From Caldisericia bacterium (GTDB lineage Bacteria; Caldisericota; Caldisericia; UBA6126), in contig JAQVSG010000004.1 of assembly GCA_028700655.1 (NCBI GenBank), positions 1,570 through 65,569 of the forward strand: a DNA stretch of 64,000 nucleotides, written 5' to 3'. Positions 1 to 10,373 of this stretch are shown piece after piece. A program made the position numbers and the translations under genes. The notes under the pieces were generated by a model, which saw only the letters and a list, made by a program, of their open reading frames with translations, was not told the origin of the DNA and ran no database searches. Positions within the stretch are counted from its first letter, which is position 1, and each line of letters begins with the position of its first letter.

Positions 1-1
1 G

Positions 2-796
2 GTAAAACCAGAAGAGATTGAGAAAGCACTGCAAGAAAACCCGGATGCCAAAGTTGTTTTTACAACCCTTTCTGAAACCTCTAGCGGTGGTGTTACGGAT
101 ATTGAAGGTATCGCAAAGATTACTCGGTCGTCGTCCGCTATTTTGGTTGTTGATGCCGTTTCTGGCTTGGGTGTTACTCCTTTGTATACAGACAAATGGG
201 GTGTTGATGTTGTTGTGTCTGGATCTCAAAAAGGATTCATGCTACCCCCCGGGCTGGCCTTCATAACCATGAATGAAAAAGCACGTAAAGCGATGGAAAC
301 GTCTACTCTCCCTAAGTATTACTTTGATTTAAAGAAAGCATACAAAAATGCAGAAAAGAATACAACTCCTTGGACCCCTGCCATCAGTATCATTGTGCAG
401 TTAAATATCGCCTTGCGTATGATGAAAGAAGAAGGCATCGAAGCCATTTACGCTCGACATCACCAATTGTCAGAGGCAATTCGCCAAGGTGTTAAAGCGT
501 TGGGTCTCACTCTTTACAATGAAGATACTGGCGATTGCTGTATTGCTGTCAATATCCCCAAGGGAGTCGATGGTGGTAAATTTGTTAAGTTGGCTCGGGA
601 TAAATATCAAGTCACTTTTGCCGGAGGCCAAGGAAGTCTGAAAGGAAATATTTTCCGTATTTCCGCGATGGGGAACGTAGGCCCGAACGATGTTATATTG
701 GGTCTTGCAGCCATTGAAAGAGTGTTGGCAGATCTTGGTTATTCCTTCGAAAAGGGAAAAGGTATTGCAGCAGCCATTGATTACTTAGCCAAATAA
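2..796 (+). CDS. Class V PLP-dependent aminotransferase (serine-pyruvate/phosphoserine aminotransferase-like), 5' end outside window
   Basis: Frame 2 is open from base 2 (VKPEEIEKALQ...) and runs into the listed 143..796 ORF. SGSQKGFMLPPGL resembles the PLP-lysine motif of AGXT/class V aminotransferases. It lies 12 nt upstream of a serA-like gene. Confidence 0.8.
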   Translation, partial: VKPEEIEKALQENPDAKVVFTTLSETSSGGVTDIEGIAKITRSSSAILVVDAVSGLGVTPLYTDKWGVDVVVSGSQKGFMLPPGLAFITMNEKARKAMETSTLPKYYFDLKKAYKNAEKNTTPWTPAISIIVQLNIALRMMKEEGIEAIYARHHQLSEAIRQGVKALGLTLYNEDTGDCCIAVNIPKGVDGGKFVKLARDKYQVTFAGGQGSLKGNIFRISAMGNVGPNDVILGLAAIERVLADLGYSFEKGKGIAAAIDYLAK

Positions 797-808
797 AGGA
801 GATATCAA

Positions 809-1717
809 ATGAAACGTATTCTCATTGCAGACCCTCTTGCAAAAGAAGGCGTTGAGCAATTAAAGTCGTATGGAATCTTTGAAGTCGTTGAAAAAACGGA
901 TATTAGCCCCGAGGATCTGAAACAAGAAATTGGTCAATATAACGCTGTCGTTGTACGATCAAGATCAAAAATCTTGAAAGAAACATTAGAACAAGCAGGA
1001 AATTTGGAACTCATCGTTCGAGGCGGCGTTGGGACAGACAATATTGATAAGGCAACTGCAAAAGAAAAAAATATTGCCGTAAAAAACACTCCTCTAGCTT
1101 CTTCGATCTCTGTAGCTGAACTTGTCATTGGAATGGCTTTAGCAGGCGTCAGAGGTTTAGCAGATGCAACAGCATCTACAAAAAAAGGGCTTTGGGAGAA
1201 GAAGCGATTTAAAGGCCTTGAACTCTATGGTAAAACATTGGGCATTATTGGTTTAGGCAATATTGGAAAAGAAACTGCAAAGAGAGCTGTAGCTTTTGGA
1301 ATGAAAGTGCTTGCATATGATCCCATTGTCACTTCTTGTGCCATCGATGGCGTCACATTGACAACCTTAGAGAAAATCAATACCGATGCAGATATACTCT
1401 CTGTGAATTGTCCGAAAACAGACAGTACCTGCAATTTAATCGATGCTTCTTTTATCGCAAAAATGAAAGATGGAGCTGGTATTATAAACTGTTCGCGAGG
1501 TGGCATTATTGTAGAAAACGATCTCGTGAAGGCTCTTCAATCTGGCAAGATATCGTTTGCCGGCATTGATGTATACGAAAAAGAACCGGCCAAAGAAAAT
1601 CCCTTGTTTGCCTTGGAAAATGTTGTTCTCACCCCTCATATTGGGGCCCAAACAAAAGAAGGTCAAACACGAGTTGGTGTAGAAGTCGCTTCGGTTATTC
1701 ATGACTTTTTTCAATAA
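809..1717 (+). CDS. serA: D-3-phosphoglycerate dehydrogenase / D-isomer-specific 2-hydroxyacid dehydrogenase, short form without ACT domain
   Basis: NAD Rossmann motif GIIGLGNIGKETAKRA, CSRGGIIVE, and catalytic-His region LTPHIGAQT. Adjacent to the aminotransferase, as in serine-pathway pairs. AGGAG SD before the ATG. Confidence 0.7.
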   Translation: MKRILIADPLAKEGVEQLKSYGIFEVVEKTDISPEDLKQEIGQYNAVVVRSRSKILKETLEQAGNLELIVRGGVGTDNIDKATAKEKNIAVKNTPLASSISVAELVIGMALAGVRGLADATASTKKGLWEKKRFKGLELYGKTLGIIGLGNIGKETAKRAVAFGMKVLAYDPIVTSCAIDGVTLTTLEKINTDADILSVNCPKTDSTCNLIDASFIAKMKDGAGIINCSRGGIIVENDLVKALQSGKISFAGIDVYEKEPAKENPLFALENVVLTPHIGAQTKEGQTRVGVEVASVIHDFFQ

Positions 1718-1747
1718 GATGAATTAAAAAAATCTATCCGTCCGTTC

Positions 1748-1788
1748 GAAAAAAACCCAGATTTGCGTTTTGCAGTCTGGGTTTTTTT
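1748..1788. terminator. Bidirectional intrinsic terminator between serA-like (+) and comM (-)
   Basis: Stem CCCAGAT (1756-1762) / GTCTGGG (1775-1781), flanked by an A-run on the left and a T-run on the right. Confidence 0.7.
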
Positions 1789-3322
1789 AATCCTCAGTTC
1801 GCAATCTGTATTGCAATGCTTCGCAAATATCGTCCATTTGGATGGTATTGGAAGCTCGTATATCCGCAATGGTTCGAGCCACTTTTAATACTTTCATATG
1901 CCCCCTCCCTGACAAAGAGAGTTTTCTACTCACCTCAGCAAAGAACATTTCTGTTTCAGAATCCAATTTGCACACCTTTCGCAAAGAACTGGAATCCATT
2001 TCCGCATTGTAGTGAAAACAATCCTCTTTGTATCGTTCTTTTTGGATTTCATGGCACTGCTGAACTCTGCTTCGAATATCAGAGGATGGCTCCGAAGATT
2101 GCATTTTTAAAAGTTTTTTTGGATCCACCCGTAGTACTTCACTCACAATATCAATTCGATCCAAAATAGGTCCCTGGATTTTTGCTTGGTATTTTTGAAT
2201 CTGTGACGGCGTACAGGAACAATTCTTTTGAGTATCTCCATAGTATCCACAAGGGCATGGGTTCATAGCAGCTACTAGCATAAATCGAGAGGGCCATTGC
2301 ACGCTGCTATGCACCCTAGAAACTGTAATAAAACCATCTTCTAGGGGTTGTCTGAGAGCGTGGATCACATGTCTCTGAAATTCTGGAAATTCATCTAAAA
2401 ATAGGACTCCCCGATGAGCATACGAGATTTCTCCTGGTTTTGGTTTTGTCCCTCCCCCCATCAAAGAAGAAAGAGAAGAAGAATGGTGTGGAGCTCGGAA
2501 GGGTCTTTTTTGGATTAAACCACCCTTTTTTGAAAGCAATCCTGCAGAACTATAAATCCTTGAAACTTCAATGGACTCCTCAAAAGTTAAGTGCGGTAAT
2601 ATTGTGGGAATTCGCCTAGCCAACATGGTTTTTCCGGTACCCGGAGGCCCTACAAATAGTAAATTGTGCATCCCGCAAGCGGCCACTTCGATCGCTCTTT
2701 TAGCAAAATCCTGTCCAATAATGTCTTTCATATCGTCGTTGTTTTCTGTTTCAGTAGCAATCTGAGGGGGAGGAAGCTGCGAAGTATAATGCTCGGATTG
2801 AATCGAGTCAATAGCCTCTTTTAAAGAAGAGGCAGGAAGAAGATTCAACTGAGAATATACAATTTCATGGATGTTTTCAGCTGGAAAGCAAAAAATGGGA
2901 GAAGATTTTGCTTCTAAATTTTGAGAAATAGAATACAGAAAGCAATTCATGGATAGTATTCCATTTACGTCCCGTAAAGACCCATCCAAAGATAACTCTC
3001 CAACGAAATAATAGGCATCAGATGACAACGTTGGCATTTGTCCAGACGCCACTAAAATACCAATTGCTATGGGAAGATCAAAACAAGCTCCTTCTTTTTT
3101 TATATCCGCAGGGGCTAAATTCACCGTAATCCGATGAGTGGGGAATTGAAACCCATTGTTTTTGAGAGCGGACCGAACTCGTTCTCGTGATTCTTGAACA
3201 GCAACATCGGGAAGTCCTACAATAGAAAACGATGGCAAACCTCGTTGGGTAATGTCTACTTCGACATCAATGGGTACTGGATCGAGTCCTTGTAGTGCAA
3301 AACTTTTTACTTTTACGAGCAT
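1787..3322 (-). CDS. comM: YifB/ComM family Mg-chelatase-like AAA+ ATPase
   Basis: Canonical N-terminus MLVKVKSFALQGL..VEVDI, Walker A GPPGTGKTM, LFLDEFPEF, and a C-terminal Mg-chelatase subunit-like region. Start moved to the ATG at 3322, which has GGGAGTAGGA upstream. Confidence 0.9.
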   Translation of the reverse strand: MLVKVKSFALQGLDPVPIDVEVDITQRGLPSFSIVGLPDVAVQESRERVRSALKNNGFQFPTHRITVNLAPADIKKEGACFDLPIAIGILVASGQMPTLSSDAYYFVGELSLDGSLRDVNGILSMNCFLYSISQNLEAKSSPIFCFPAENIHEIVYSQLNLLPASSLKEAIDSIQSEHYTSQLPPPQIATETENNDDMKDIIGQDFAKRAIEVAACGMHNLLFVGPPGTGKTMLARRIPTILPHLTFEESIEVSRIYSSAGLLSKKGGLIQKRPFRAPHHSSSLSSLMGGGTKPKPGEISYAHRGVLFLDEFPEFQRHVIHALRQPLEDGFITVSRVHSSVQWPSRFMLVAAMNPCPCGYYGDTQKNCSCTPSQIQKYQAKIQGPILDRIDIVSEVLRVDPKKLLKMQSSEPSSDIRSRVQQCHEIQKERYKEDCFHYNAEMDSSSLRKVCKLDSETEMFFAEVSRKLSLSGRGHMKVLKVARTIADIRASNTIQMDDICEALQYRLRTED

Positions 3323-3983
3323 TCCTACTCCCTTGTAATGATTGTATCTTTCTTTGTAAGACAAGAATATGCTTCTCTGATTTAAGAGATTGATACACAA
3401 AGTGTTCTTTCGATTCCCATTGAGGATTTTGAGTCAAAAAAGAAGCAATTTCATCAGGATTTTTCCAAAGAATTGCTTTCCCTTCCGAAGACAATGATTG
3501 ATCAAAAAAAGGCGCTACGTATTCAATCGAACCAACACCCCTTGCGGTAAAGACTGCGCAATCGCGCGCTATACCAGGAGTATTTACAATGTTCTCTGCC
3601 CTGTCATGGAATATGTGGACATTGTTTAACTTGGCCTCAATCGAAGCATATAGAAGAAAACTGTATTTTTTTCGTATAGATTCCACTAAAATGATTTTTA
3701 AACAAGGATAAAGAATGGCCGCAATAATACCTGGTAAGCCCCCACCAGAACCTACATCTATCCATGTTTTATCGGCATTTGGAATCCAAGAAAAATGAAA
3801 AAGCTGCATGCAATCCTGCAATTGAGAGTATATAAGTTCCTCATCACTTTCATTGGAAACAAGGTTTATGTGTGGGTTCACGTTCTGAACCAACAAAAGA
3901 AATTGCAACAGTTTTTCTTTTTGCTCCCCGGAGAGATTCCACGTATTTGTTTCTAAAAATGTTTGTAATGTTTCTTCTATCAT
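3267..3983 (-). CDS. rsmG: 16S rRNA (guanine527-N7)-methyltransferase
   Basis: GidB-like sequence with SAM motif DVGSGGGLPGI and ARGV. The last ~18 codons overlap the comM start. Confidence 0.85.
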   Translation of the reverse strand: MIEETLQTFLETNTWNLSGEQKEKLLQFLLLVQNVNPHINLVSNESDEELIYSQLQDCMQLFHFSWIPNADKTWIDVGSGGGLPGIIAAILYPCLKIILVESIRKKYSFLLYASIEAKLNNVHIFHDRAENIVNTPGIARDCAVFTARGVGSIEYVAPFFDQSLSSEGKAILWKNPDEIASFLTQNPQWESKEHFVYQSLKSEKHILVLQRKIQSLQGSRNARKSKKFCTTRTRSSTH

Positions 3984-4025
3984 TGGTGCACCAGTTTGGT
4001 ATTATACCATATAAATATTGTCTTA

Positions 4026-4053
4026 TTGACGATTCGCTGTAATAAAATATAAT
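4026..4053 (+). promoter_or_regulatory. Sigma70-like promoter for secDF
   Basis: TTGACG (4026-4031), 16-nt spacer, TATAAT (4048-4053). This places the TSS near 4060 and favours the ATG at 4091 (SD GAAAGGGTG) over the TTG at 4064. Confidence 0.5.
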
Positions 4054-4090
4054 AGTTATTTGTTTGAATCTCACGAGAAAGGGTGATCCT

Positions 4091-5524
4091 ATGAAGAGAA
4101 TTAGATGGGGACAACTCATAGTAATAATAGTTGTGCTTGGACTCTCAATATGGAGTATTGGTTTTAACTATTCAAAGAATCTCATTAAGTATGGGCTTGA
4201 TTTACGAGGTGGTGTACACCTTGTAATGGAAGCACAAGCCATTAAAGAGACGGGAGAAATCCCACAAGAAGAACTGATTGAATCCGAGTCAGAAGAGACA
4301 ACAGAAAACACGAATGTAGAGGCTTCTGAAGAAGCAACTGAAATTGATTCTGAGCAGGTAACCGAAGAATCACAAGAGGACAACCTTGTGATTACTAACG
4401 AAATACTTCAATCCGAGAAAGAATCTGGTAGTATTACGGCAGAAGAATTGAAGCAAGCAAAAAAAGTGATTGAAAAACGTATCAATTATTTAGGAGTATC
4501 GGAAGCTACGGTTTCTATCCAAGGAAAAGATCGTATTGTTGTTGATATCCCTGGATACTCCGATGTTGACCAAGCAAAAGACATTATTGGTCGAGTGGCT
4601 GTTCTTACCTTTAAAGACGAAAACGGAACCGTTTTGGTCACGGGCAAGAACTTGAAAAAGGCCACCTTTGCATATCAGCAAATGGAACAAATGGGCGCTC
4701 GAGAACCCGTTGTCCAGCTAGAGTGGGATGAAATTGGCAAAGAATTGTTTGCCAAAGCTACCCGAGAAAATGTTGAAAAAACAATTTCCATTTATCTTGA
4801 TGAATCCCTACTCATTGCACCCAAAGTCAATGAAGAAATTACATCAGGAGACGCCGTCATTACCTTTGGTAGCAAAACAGAAGAAAGCATCAAAGAAGCC
4901 CAAGAAGTAGCCATTCTTTTACAGGGCGGATCCCTGCCGGTAAAAATGTCATTCTTGGAAGAAAGAGTCGTTGGTCCATCATTGGGACAAGACACCATTA
5001 AAAGCTCTGAAGTTGGATCCATCATTGCCATCCTGGGCATTATACTTTTCCTACTTCTCATGTACAAATTGCTTGGTGGTGTTGGAGCTTTGGCTTTGTT
5101 AATGTATAGCATTATCTATCTAGGATTCCTTCTAGGAATTAGAGCAACACTTTCTCTTCCTGCCATTGGTGCTATGGTTTTATCAGTAGGTATGGCTGTA
5201 GACTCGAATGTTATTGTGTTTGAACGCATAAAAGAAGAATATGCAAAAGGTAGAACTTTTCTCTCCGCAATTGGGGCAGGATACGCCCATGGATGGACAG
5301 CCATTTTTGATTCCAACTTCTCCATGTTAATTGCAATGATTATCCTGTATTCCTTTGGTACAACACAAATTCGAGGATTTGCCATTACTCTTGTAGCAGG
5401 TATTCTTGCAGCACTTATTACATCCTACTTCTTTACCCAGTTTATTTTAAGCCTTATTGCTGTTACCAATCCCAAAGTAAACGGCAAACTTTTTGGTTTG
5501 CAATCCCCAGAGAAAGATAATTAG
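4091..5524 (+). CDS. secD: Protein translocase subunit SecD
   Basis: N-terminal TM, then GLDLRGGVHLV, a periplasmic domain, and a C-terminal six-TM block with the DSNVIVFERIKEE motif. Followed by secF. Confidence 0.9.
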   Translation: MKRIRWGQLIVIIVVLGLSIWSIGFNYSKNLIKYGLDLRGGVHLVMEAQAIKETGEIPQEELIESESEETTENTNVEASEEATEIDSEQVTEESQEDNLVITNEILQSEKESGSITAEELKQAKKVIEKRINYLGVSEATVSIQGKDRIVVDIPGYSDVDQAKDIIGRVAVLTFKDENGTVLVTGKNLKKATFAYQQMEQMGAREPVVQLEWDEIGKELFAKATRENVEKTISIYLDESLLIAPKVNEEITSGDAVITFGSKTEESIKEAQEVAILLQGGSLPVKMSFLEERVVGPSLGQDTIKSSEVGSIIAILGIILFLLLMYKLLGGVGALALLMYSIIYLGFLLGIRATLSLPAIGAMVLSVGMAVDSNVIVFERIKEEYAKGRTFLSAIGAGYAHGWTAIFDSNFSMLIAMIILYSFGTTQIRGFAITLVAGILAALITSYFFTQFILSLIAVTNPKVNGKLFGLQSPEKDN

Positions 5525-5539
5525 AAAGGAGGAGAGAAA

Positions 5540-6619
5540 ATGACCCCAATTAAAAAGTGGAATATTATCGGACAAAGAAAAACAACGCTTTTGATTTCGT
5601 TGATACTATTTCTTGTCAGCGTAAGTATTATGAGTGTTCGCACAATGACAAACGGCTCTCCTTTTAATCTAGGTGTAGATTTTACCGGTGGAGTCGTCAT
5701 CAACGTTGACTTTGTTACGGAAGAACCACCTTCTGTAAAGATGATCCGAGATGTTTTGGCTACTCATAACCAAGAAAGAGCTACTATTCAGCAAGACAAA
5801 CTAAATCCAAAACACTTCATGATCCGTATGAAAGAAATCACCAATGAAGAACAAGATGTAATCATTGATTCTTTGGAAGAGACAATAGGTCAAATCAACG
5901 ACGATTCGAAACAAATTGATTTCATTGGTCCTACCATGGGAAGTGAACTTCGTAGAAACGCTTTTCTTACAATGGGTTTAGCACTTTTACTCATCCTTCT
6001 ATATTTGGCCATTCGTTTTCGATTCAAAGATGGGGTTGCCGCAATCATAGCTTTGGCCCATGACATTAGCATATCCCTTGGCGTCATGTCTTTGCTTTGG
6101 ATTCAACTGAATACCTCATCGATCGCAGCTATACTATCAATAACGGCCTATTCATTACAAGATAGTATTGTCATCTTAGACAGAGTTCGAGAAAACTTGA
6201 AGTATTATAGAGACAAAATGACGTTTGCTGAAATTGCTAATATGTCCATTACTACCACCTGGATTCGGTCCTTCAACACATCTGCTACCACCCTGATTGG
6301 TGTTATCGTTTTAGCCGTCTTCATGGGTAGCGCTCTGCGTGATTTTTCCACCATTTTACTGGTTGGACTCATCGCTGGTACCTATTCCTCTCTCTATATT
6401 GTCGTACCCCTTCTTGTTGGATGGCTAAAAGGCGATGACGACAAAGAACTGCGTCCTGTTTACCTGGAAGCACTACAATCCGATTCTTACGACCTTATCA
6501 AAACAAGAAAAATCACACAGCAAACTAGTAAAATAGCACCATCAAACCAAGTAGAAAACTCCTCTCACGCAGACAAGAAAGCTTCAAAACCAAAAAATAA
6601 GAACAAACGTCGAAGATAG
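5540..6619 (+). CDS. secF: Protein translocase subunit SecF
   Basis: LGVDFTGG motif, TM block with DSIVILDRVREN, and a Lys-rich tail. SD GGAGGAG upstream. Confidence 0.9.
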   Translation: MTPIKKWNIIGQRKTTLLISLILFLVSVSIMSVRTMTNGSPFNLGVDFTGGVVINVDFVTEEPPSVKMIRDVLATHNQERATIQQDKLNPKHFMIRMKEITNEEQDVIIDSLEETIGQINDDSKQIDFIGPTMGSELRRNAFLTMGLALLLILLYLAIRFRFKDGVAAIIALAHDISISLGVMSLLWIQLNTSSIAAILSITAYSLQDSIVILDRVRENLKYYRDKMTFAEIANMSITTTWIRSFNTSATTLIGVIVLAVFMGSALRDFSTILLVGLIAGTYSSLYIVVPLLVGWLKGDDDKELRPVYLEALQSDSYDLIKTRKITQQTSKIAPSNQVENSSHADKKASKPKNKNKRRR

Positions 6620-6666
6620 CCTTCGACTCTCCCACGTTGTGAGGGATGGTTTCCATTCCCTGCTAT

Positions 6667-6704
6667 AAAAAAAGCCGGTAGAAATAATTCTACCGGCTTT
6701 TTTA
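6667..6704. terminator. Bidirectional intrinsic terminator between secF (+) and pcrA (-)
   Basis: AAAAAAA-GCCGGTAGA-loop-TCTACCGGC-TTTTTT, a perfect 9-bp stem with A/T runs on both sides. Confidence 0.8.
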
Positions 6705-6742
6705 TTATTATGTAACGTCAATAGGAAATGTTGTTTTAATGC

Positions 6743-8986
6743 CTAGGATTTTCCCTTAGCTGCTGTTGGAACCTCTTCAACAATTCGAAGAGGCGCGTAT
6801 TTAAAATTCAACATTCTTTCCCCAACTGTATCAAAATCAATATGAATAATGTGTTCACTATCAATCTCTTTCAAATCAAGTACAATTCCATGTCCCCATA
6901 TTTTGTGGCAAACAATTTTCCCCGCAGTTAAATCTCCAAGAGATACTGGGTTCCCTTTGCTGTAATCTTTTTTACTTCGGTTTACCGAGGATACTTTTCG
7001 TTTCAATCCGGTTTCACCATCTCTGGGGGTTGAAATTTTCAAACGCTCAATAAGATCTTCAGATATCTCTTCCAAAAACCTTGATGGGGTCGATTTTGTA
7101 GTCTTCCCATACAATTCTCGGTTCATGGCATAGGATAAGTAAAGCTCTGTTTTTGCTCTGGTAAACCCAACATAACACAATCTTCGTTCTTCTTCCAATG
7201 CATTTTGCTTACAATTGGATAAATAGTGAGGGAACAATCCTTCTTCCATACCTGCCATAAAGACAATAGGGAACTCCAATCCTTTGACAGAATGAATTGT
7301 CATCAGTGTAACTCTTGATTGTTCTGGGTCCATGTTGTCAAGATCGGTAAACAAAGACACTTGTGCTAAAAAGGCCTGAAGAATTGGCTCAGTACCATCG
7401 TATTGTTGTTCAAAATCATGAATGGCAGAAAGCAATTCACGAAGATTGGATACTTTGTCCTTCGCAATATCTTCTGCATACTCCGTTTCCAGCATTGTGG
7501 GGATATTCGTTCTCTCGTAAACCAATTTAGCAACATCAAGAAGAGACCCTTTTTGTAATAATTTTCGGCCTGCTTCAACAACATCGATAAACTCTTGTAG
7601 CCCTTTGCGTCCGCGTGCAACAGCCTCTTTCTTCTTTAAAAGGTGATGGCATGCGTCATAAAAGGAGCATTGATCTTCGTGAGCCATTTTTTCGATTTTT
7701 CGAATAAAAACAGCCCCTATATTTCTTTTGGGATAATTGATGACACGGTTAATACTAACCCTGTCGTCAGGATTATTGACAATTCGTAAATAAGCGATGA
7801 AATCCTTTACTTCTTTTCGTTGATAAAACCGGTATCCACCGACCAATTGATAGGGTATATCATCCGCCATCAAGGCTTCTTCGAAATTTCTACTCGCAGC
7901 ATTAATCCGGTATAAAACAACGAAATCGTTATAGGTTCTATTCTGTGTTTTAATCCGCTCTTGAATTAACTGAATGGTTTTTTGTGCTTCATCTTTTTCA
8001 TTGGAACACACCACAAGTTTTACGGGGGTTCCTTTTTCATTGTTTGTCCACAATTTTTTTTCTTCTCGTTTTTCATTGTTTTGGACTACGCAATGAGCGG
8101 CATTTAAAATCATTTGGGAACAACGGTAATTCTCTTCGAGTTTAATCACCTTTGCATCTGGGTATTCTTGTCGGAATCGCAACATATATGTTGGATCTGC
8201 ACCGCGAAAAGCATAAATGGACTGGTCATCATCTCCGACTACAAAAATATTACGATGTTTATTGGCTAGAAGACGTAAAAGCTCATATTGTACAGCATTC
8301 ACATCCTGGTATTCATCCACAAGGATATGCTTAAAGATCTCTTGGTATTGGTCTAAGGTGGATGGTTCATTTTGGAACAGAATCACGGTTTTGTAAATGA
8401 GATCATCAAAATCAAGAGCGTTATTCTCTCGCAATCGCTTTTCATATAAAGCATAGACACTCGATACTATATCCACAAAATAGCCTGTTCCAGCAACATT
8501 TGGGTAATCTTCAGAGCTTACCAAAGCAACTTTAGAATCTGAAATAGTTTTCGAGACCGTTCGAGGGTTCACTCTTTTGATGTCGATGTTGCTTTCTTTC
8601 ATACAGTCTTTAATAAGAGACAAAGAATCCTCTTCGTCAAATACTGTAAAATCGGGTCGAAGAGAAATGGCTTTGCCGGATTGCCTTAGAATTCGAAGGC
8701 AAATGGAATGGAAGGTTCCAATCCAGAGTTTTTTCGGATCAATTTCCACCACTCCCTGTATTCGCTCTTTCATTTCGTTGGCAGCTTTGTTTGTAAAAGT
8801 AACTGCTAGAATATTTGTTATGGGGATTCCCTCATTCAACAGGTTAGCAATACGATAGGTAATAACTCTTGTTTTACCAGAACCAGCTCCAGCAAACACA
8901 GCAACTGGTCCGTTAACGGTGGTGACAGCATCATATTGCTGAGAATTTAAAGAATCTTTTAAAGTCTTTTTTACTTTATTTGACAT
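6743..8986 (-). CDS. pcrA: ATP-dependent DNA helicase PcrA/UvrD (SF1)
   Basis: Walker A AGAGSGKTR, DEYQDVN, VGDDDQSIYAFRGA, VKGLEF, and a C-terminal Tudor-like tail. Start taken at MSNKVKK (ATG 8986). Confidence 0.9.
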   Translation of the reverse strand: MSNKVKKTLKDSLNSQQYDAVTTVNGPVAVFAGAGSGKTRVITYRIANLLNEGIPITNILAVTFTNKAANEMKERIQGVVEIDPKKLWIGTFHSICLRILRQSGKAISLRPDFTVFDEEDSLSLIKDCMKESNIDIKRVNPRTVSKTISDSKVALVSSEDYPNVAGTGYFVDIVSSVYALYEKRLRENNALDFDDLIYKTVILFQNEPSTLDQYQEIFKHILVDEYQDVNAVQYELLRLLANKHRNIFVVGDDDQSIYAFRGADPTYMLRFRQEYPDAKVIKLEENYRCSQMILNAAHCVVQNNEKREEKKLWTNNEKGTPVKLVVCSNEKDEAQKTIQLIQERIKTQNRTYNDFVVLYRINAASRNFEEALMADDIPYQLVGGYRFYQRKEVKDFIAYLRIVNNPDDRVSINRVINYPKRNIGAVFIRKIEKMAHEDQCSFYDACHHLLKKKEAVARGRKGLQEFIDVVEAGRKLLQKGSLLDVAKLVYERTNIPTMLETEYAEDIAKDKVSNLRELLSAIHDFEQQYDGTEPILQAFLAQVSLFTDLDNMDPEQSRVTLMTIHSVKGLEFPIVFMAGMEEGLFPHYLSNCKQNALEEERRLCYVGFTRAKTELYLSYAMNRELYGKTTKSTPSRFLEEISEDLIERLKISTPRDGETGLKRKVSSVNRSKKDYSKGNPVSLGDLTAGKIVCHKIWGHGIVLDLKEIDSEHIIHIDFDTVGERMLNFKYAPLRIVEEVPTAAKGKS

Positions 8987-9011
8987 AAAAGCTCTCTTTC
9001 GTAAACACAAT

Positions 9012-9045
9012 GAAAAGGAAAAGGGAGTCCCTTGGGACTCCCTTT
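9012..9045 (-). terminator. Intrinsic terminator after rpsA
   Basis: Minus-strand hairpin AAGGGAGTCCC/GGGACTCCCTT (9021-9044), followed by TTTTCCTTTTC. Confidence 0.55.
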
Positions 9046-9061
9046 GTAGGTCCTATAAATA

Positions 9062-10294
9062 CTAGTTAGAGCCTTTTGGAACGTATACGTCCACATAGCT
9101 ACTGAAATCATCCGATTTGGATTGATCATGATTGTTGTCTGATGAAGAAGCTTCTTCTTCATCAGATATTTCATCTTCAGGTGGAATTATATTTTTTCGG
9201 CTTAACTTCATTTTCTTCTGGGAAACATCGAGTTCGACAATCTCGCCGCGAACTGTGTCACCAACTTGGAATATCTCTTCAATAGAATTAATTCTTCGGT
9301 GGCTCATTTGAGAAATATGCATGAAAGAATTGATTCCTTCTTCAATTTCTACCAGTGCTCCAAAGTTTAGGTCTTTCACTACTTTTCCTTCAACGACTTG
9401 GCCAATATGGTAATTACCACCAGATATTTCCCAAGGATCAGGAAGGGTACGTTTTAAACTGAGAGATATACGATTGCGATCATCCGAAATACCAATCACT
9501 CGCACTTTGATTTTATCGTTCTTTTTGACAACATCAGATGGTTTCTTAGTTGCCCCCCAAGCAAGTTCAGATATGTGAACAAGTCCTTCAACATTATAAC
9601 CAATGTCGACAAACACTCCATAGTCAACGATATTGGTTACAATACCCTCAAGCATAGTGTTTACTTCAAGACCCCCCACAAAATCATTTCGTGAAGCCTT
9701 GTTGTGCTCTTGCTCAATGATCTTATGAGAAACGACTACTTTTCTACGATCTTTTTCAAATTCAATGACTTGCACTTCAAGTGTTTGACCAATATATTTC
9801 GAGAGATCATTTTGTCTTTTCACAGAAACCAGGGACCCTGGCAAAAACGCTTGAACTCCATCGATATCAACAACCAAGCCACCTTTTACTTTTTCGTGAA
9901 CAATGGCTTTGACTTTTTCTCTTTCCCTGTAGGCGGTCTCAATATTATCAATATTCAATTGATAAAGAGCTTTTTTGTGGGATAAAAAAATGCCACCTTT
10001 CGAAAATTCGTCCCGAACAATTTTTACAGGTATCAAATCATCGATTTTGAATTGAGTACCGAGTTCAACATTGGGATCATGGACGATTTCTTCAATGGGA
10101 ACGAACACTTCACTCTTTCTTCCAATGTCTACAAGAAGACAATCCTTGTCAACTTTCACAATGCGAACATCAACAATGTCTCCTCGTTTGTAATTCTGAA
10201 CTAAGCGATCTGTATTCGATAGAATTGCATTCTCAAATTCATCGAGATCTCTTTCTTCATTTTGATCAACGTTTTTAAAATCATCTGATATCAT
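9062..10294 (-). CDS. rpsA: 30S ribosomal protein S1 (four S1 domains)
   Basis: Four repeats of the S1 OB-fold pattern (GDIVDVRIVKV.., GQTLEVQVIEF.., LEGIVTNIVDYGVFVDI.., GQVVEGKVVKDLNFGALVEI..). Acidic C-terminal tail. SD GAGGTG. Confidence 0.85.
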   Translation of the reverse strand: MISDDFKNVDQNEERDLDEFENAILSNTDRLVQNYKRGDIVDVRIVKVDKDCLLVDIGRKSEVFVPIEEIVHDPNVELGTQFKIDDLIPVKIVRDEFSKGGIFLSHKKALYQLNIDNIETAYREREKVKAIVHEKVKGGLVVDIDGVQAFLPGSLVSVKRQNDLSKYIGQTLEVQVIEFEKDRRKVVVSHKIIEQEHNKASRNDFVGGLEVNTMLEGIVTNIVDYGVFVDIGYNVEGLVHISELAWGATKKPSDVVKKNDKIKVRVIGISDDRNRISLSLKRTLPDPWEISGGNYHIGQVVEGKVVKDLNFGALVEIEEGINSFMHISQMSHRRINSIEEIFQVGDTVRGEIVELDVSQKKMKLSRKNIIPPEDEISDEEEASSSDNNHDQSKSDDFSSYVDVYVPKGSN

Positions 10295-10373
10295 TATAAC
10301 ACCTCATAAACAACAAAATTCCGTTGTTTATTGTACCACAAACAGCTGTCAAGTAAAGCCAATTTGAAAAGTC

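Noticed and set aside
3267-3322. 56-nt overlap between the rsmG 3' end and the comM start as a possible frameshift or pseudogene
   Set aside because: Both reading frames are intact with full-length, motif-complete products. The overlap is consistent with the general compaction of this genome.
10308-10329. Hairpin AAACAAC-N8-GTTGTTT next to the rpsA SD as a possible S1 autoregulatory element
   Set aside because: The stem is only 7 bp and AT-rich, and I recognise no conserved motif. It cannot be distinguished from chance without comparative data.
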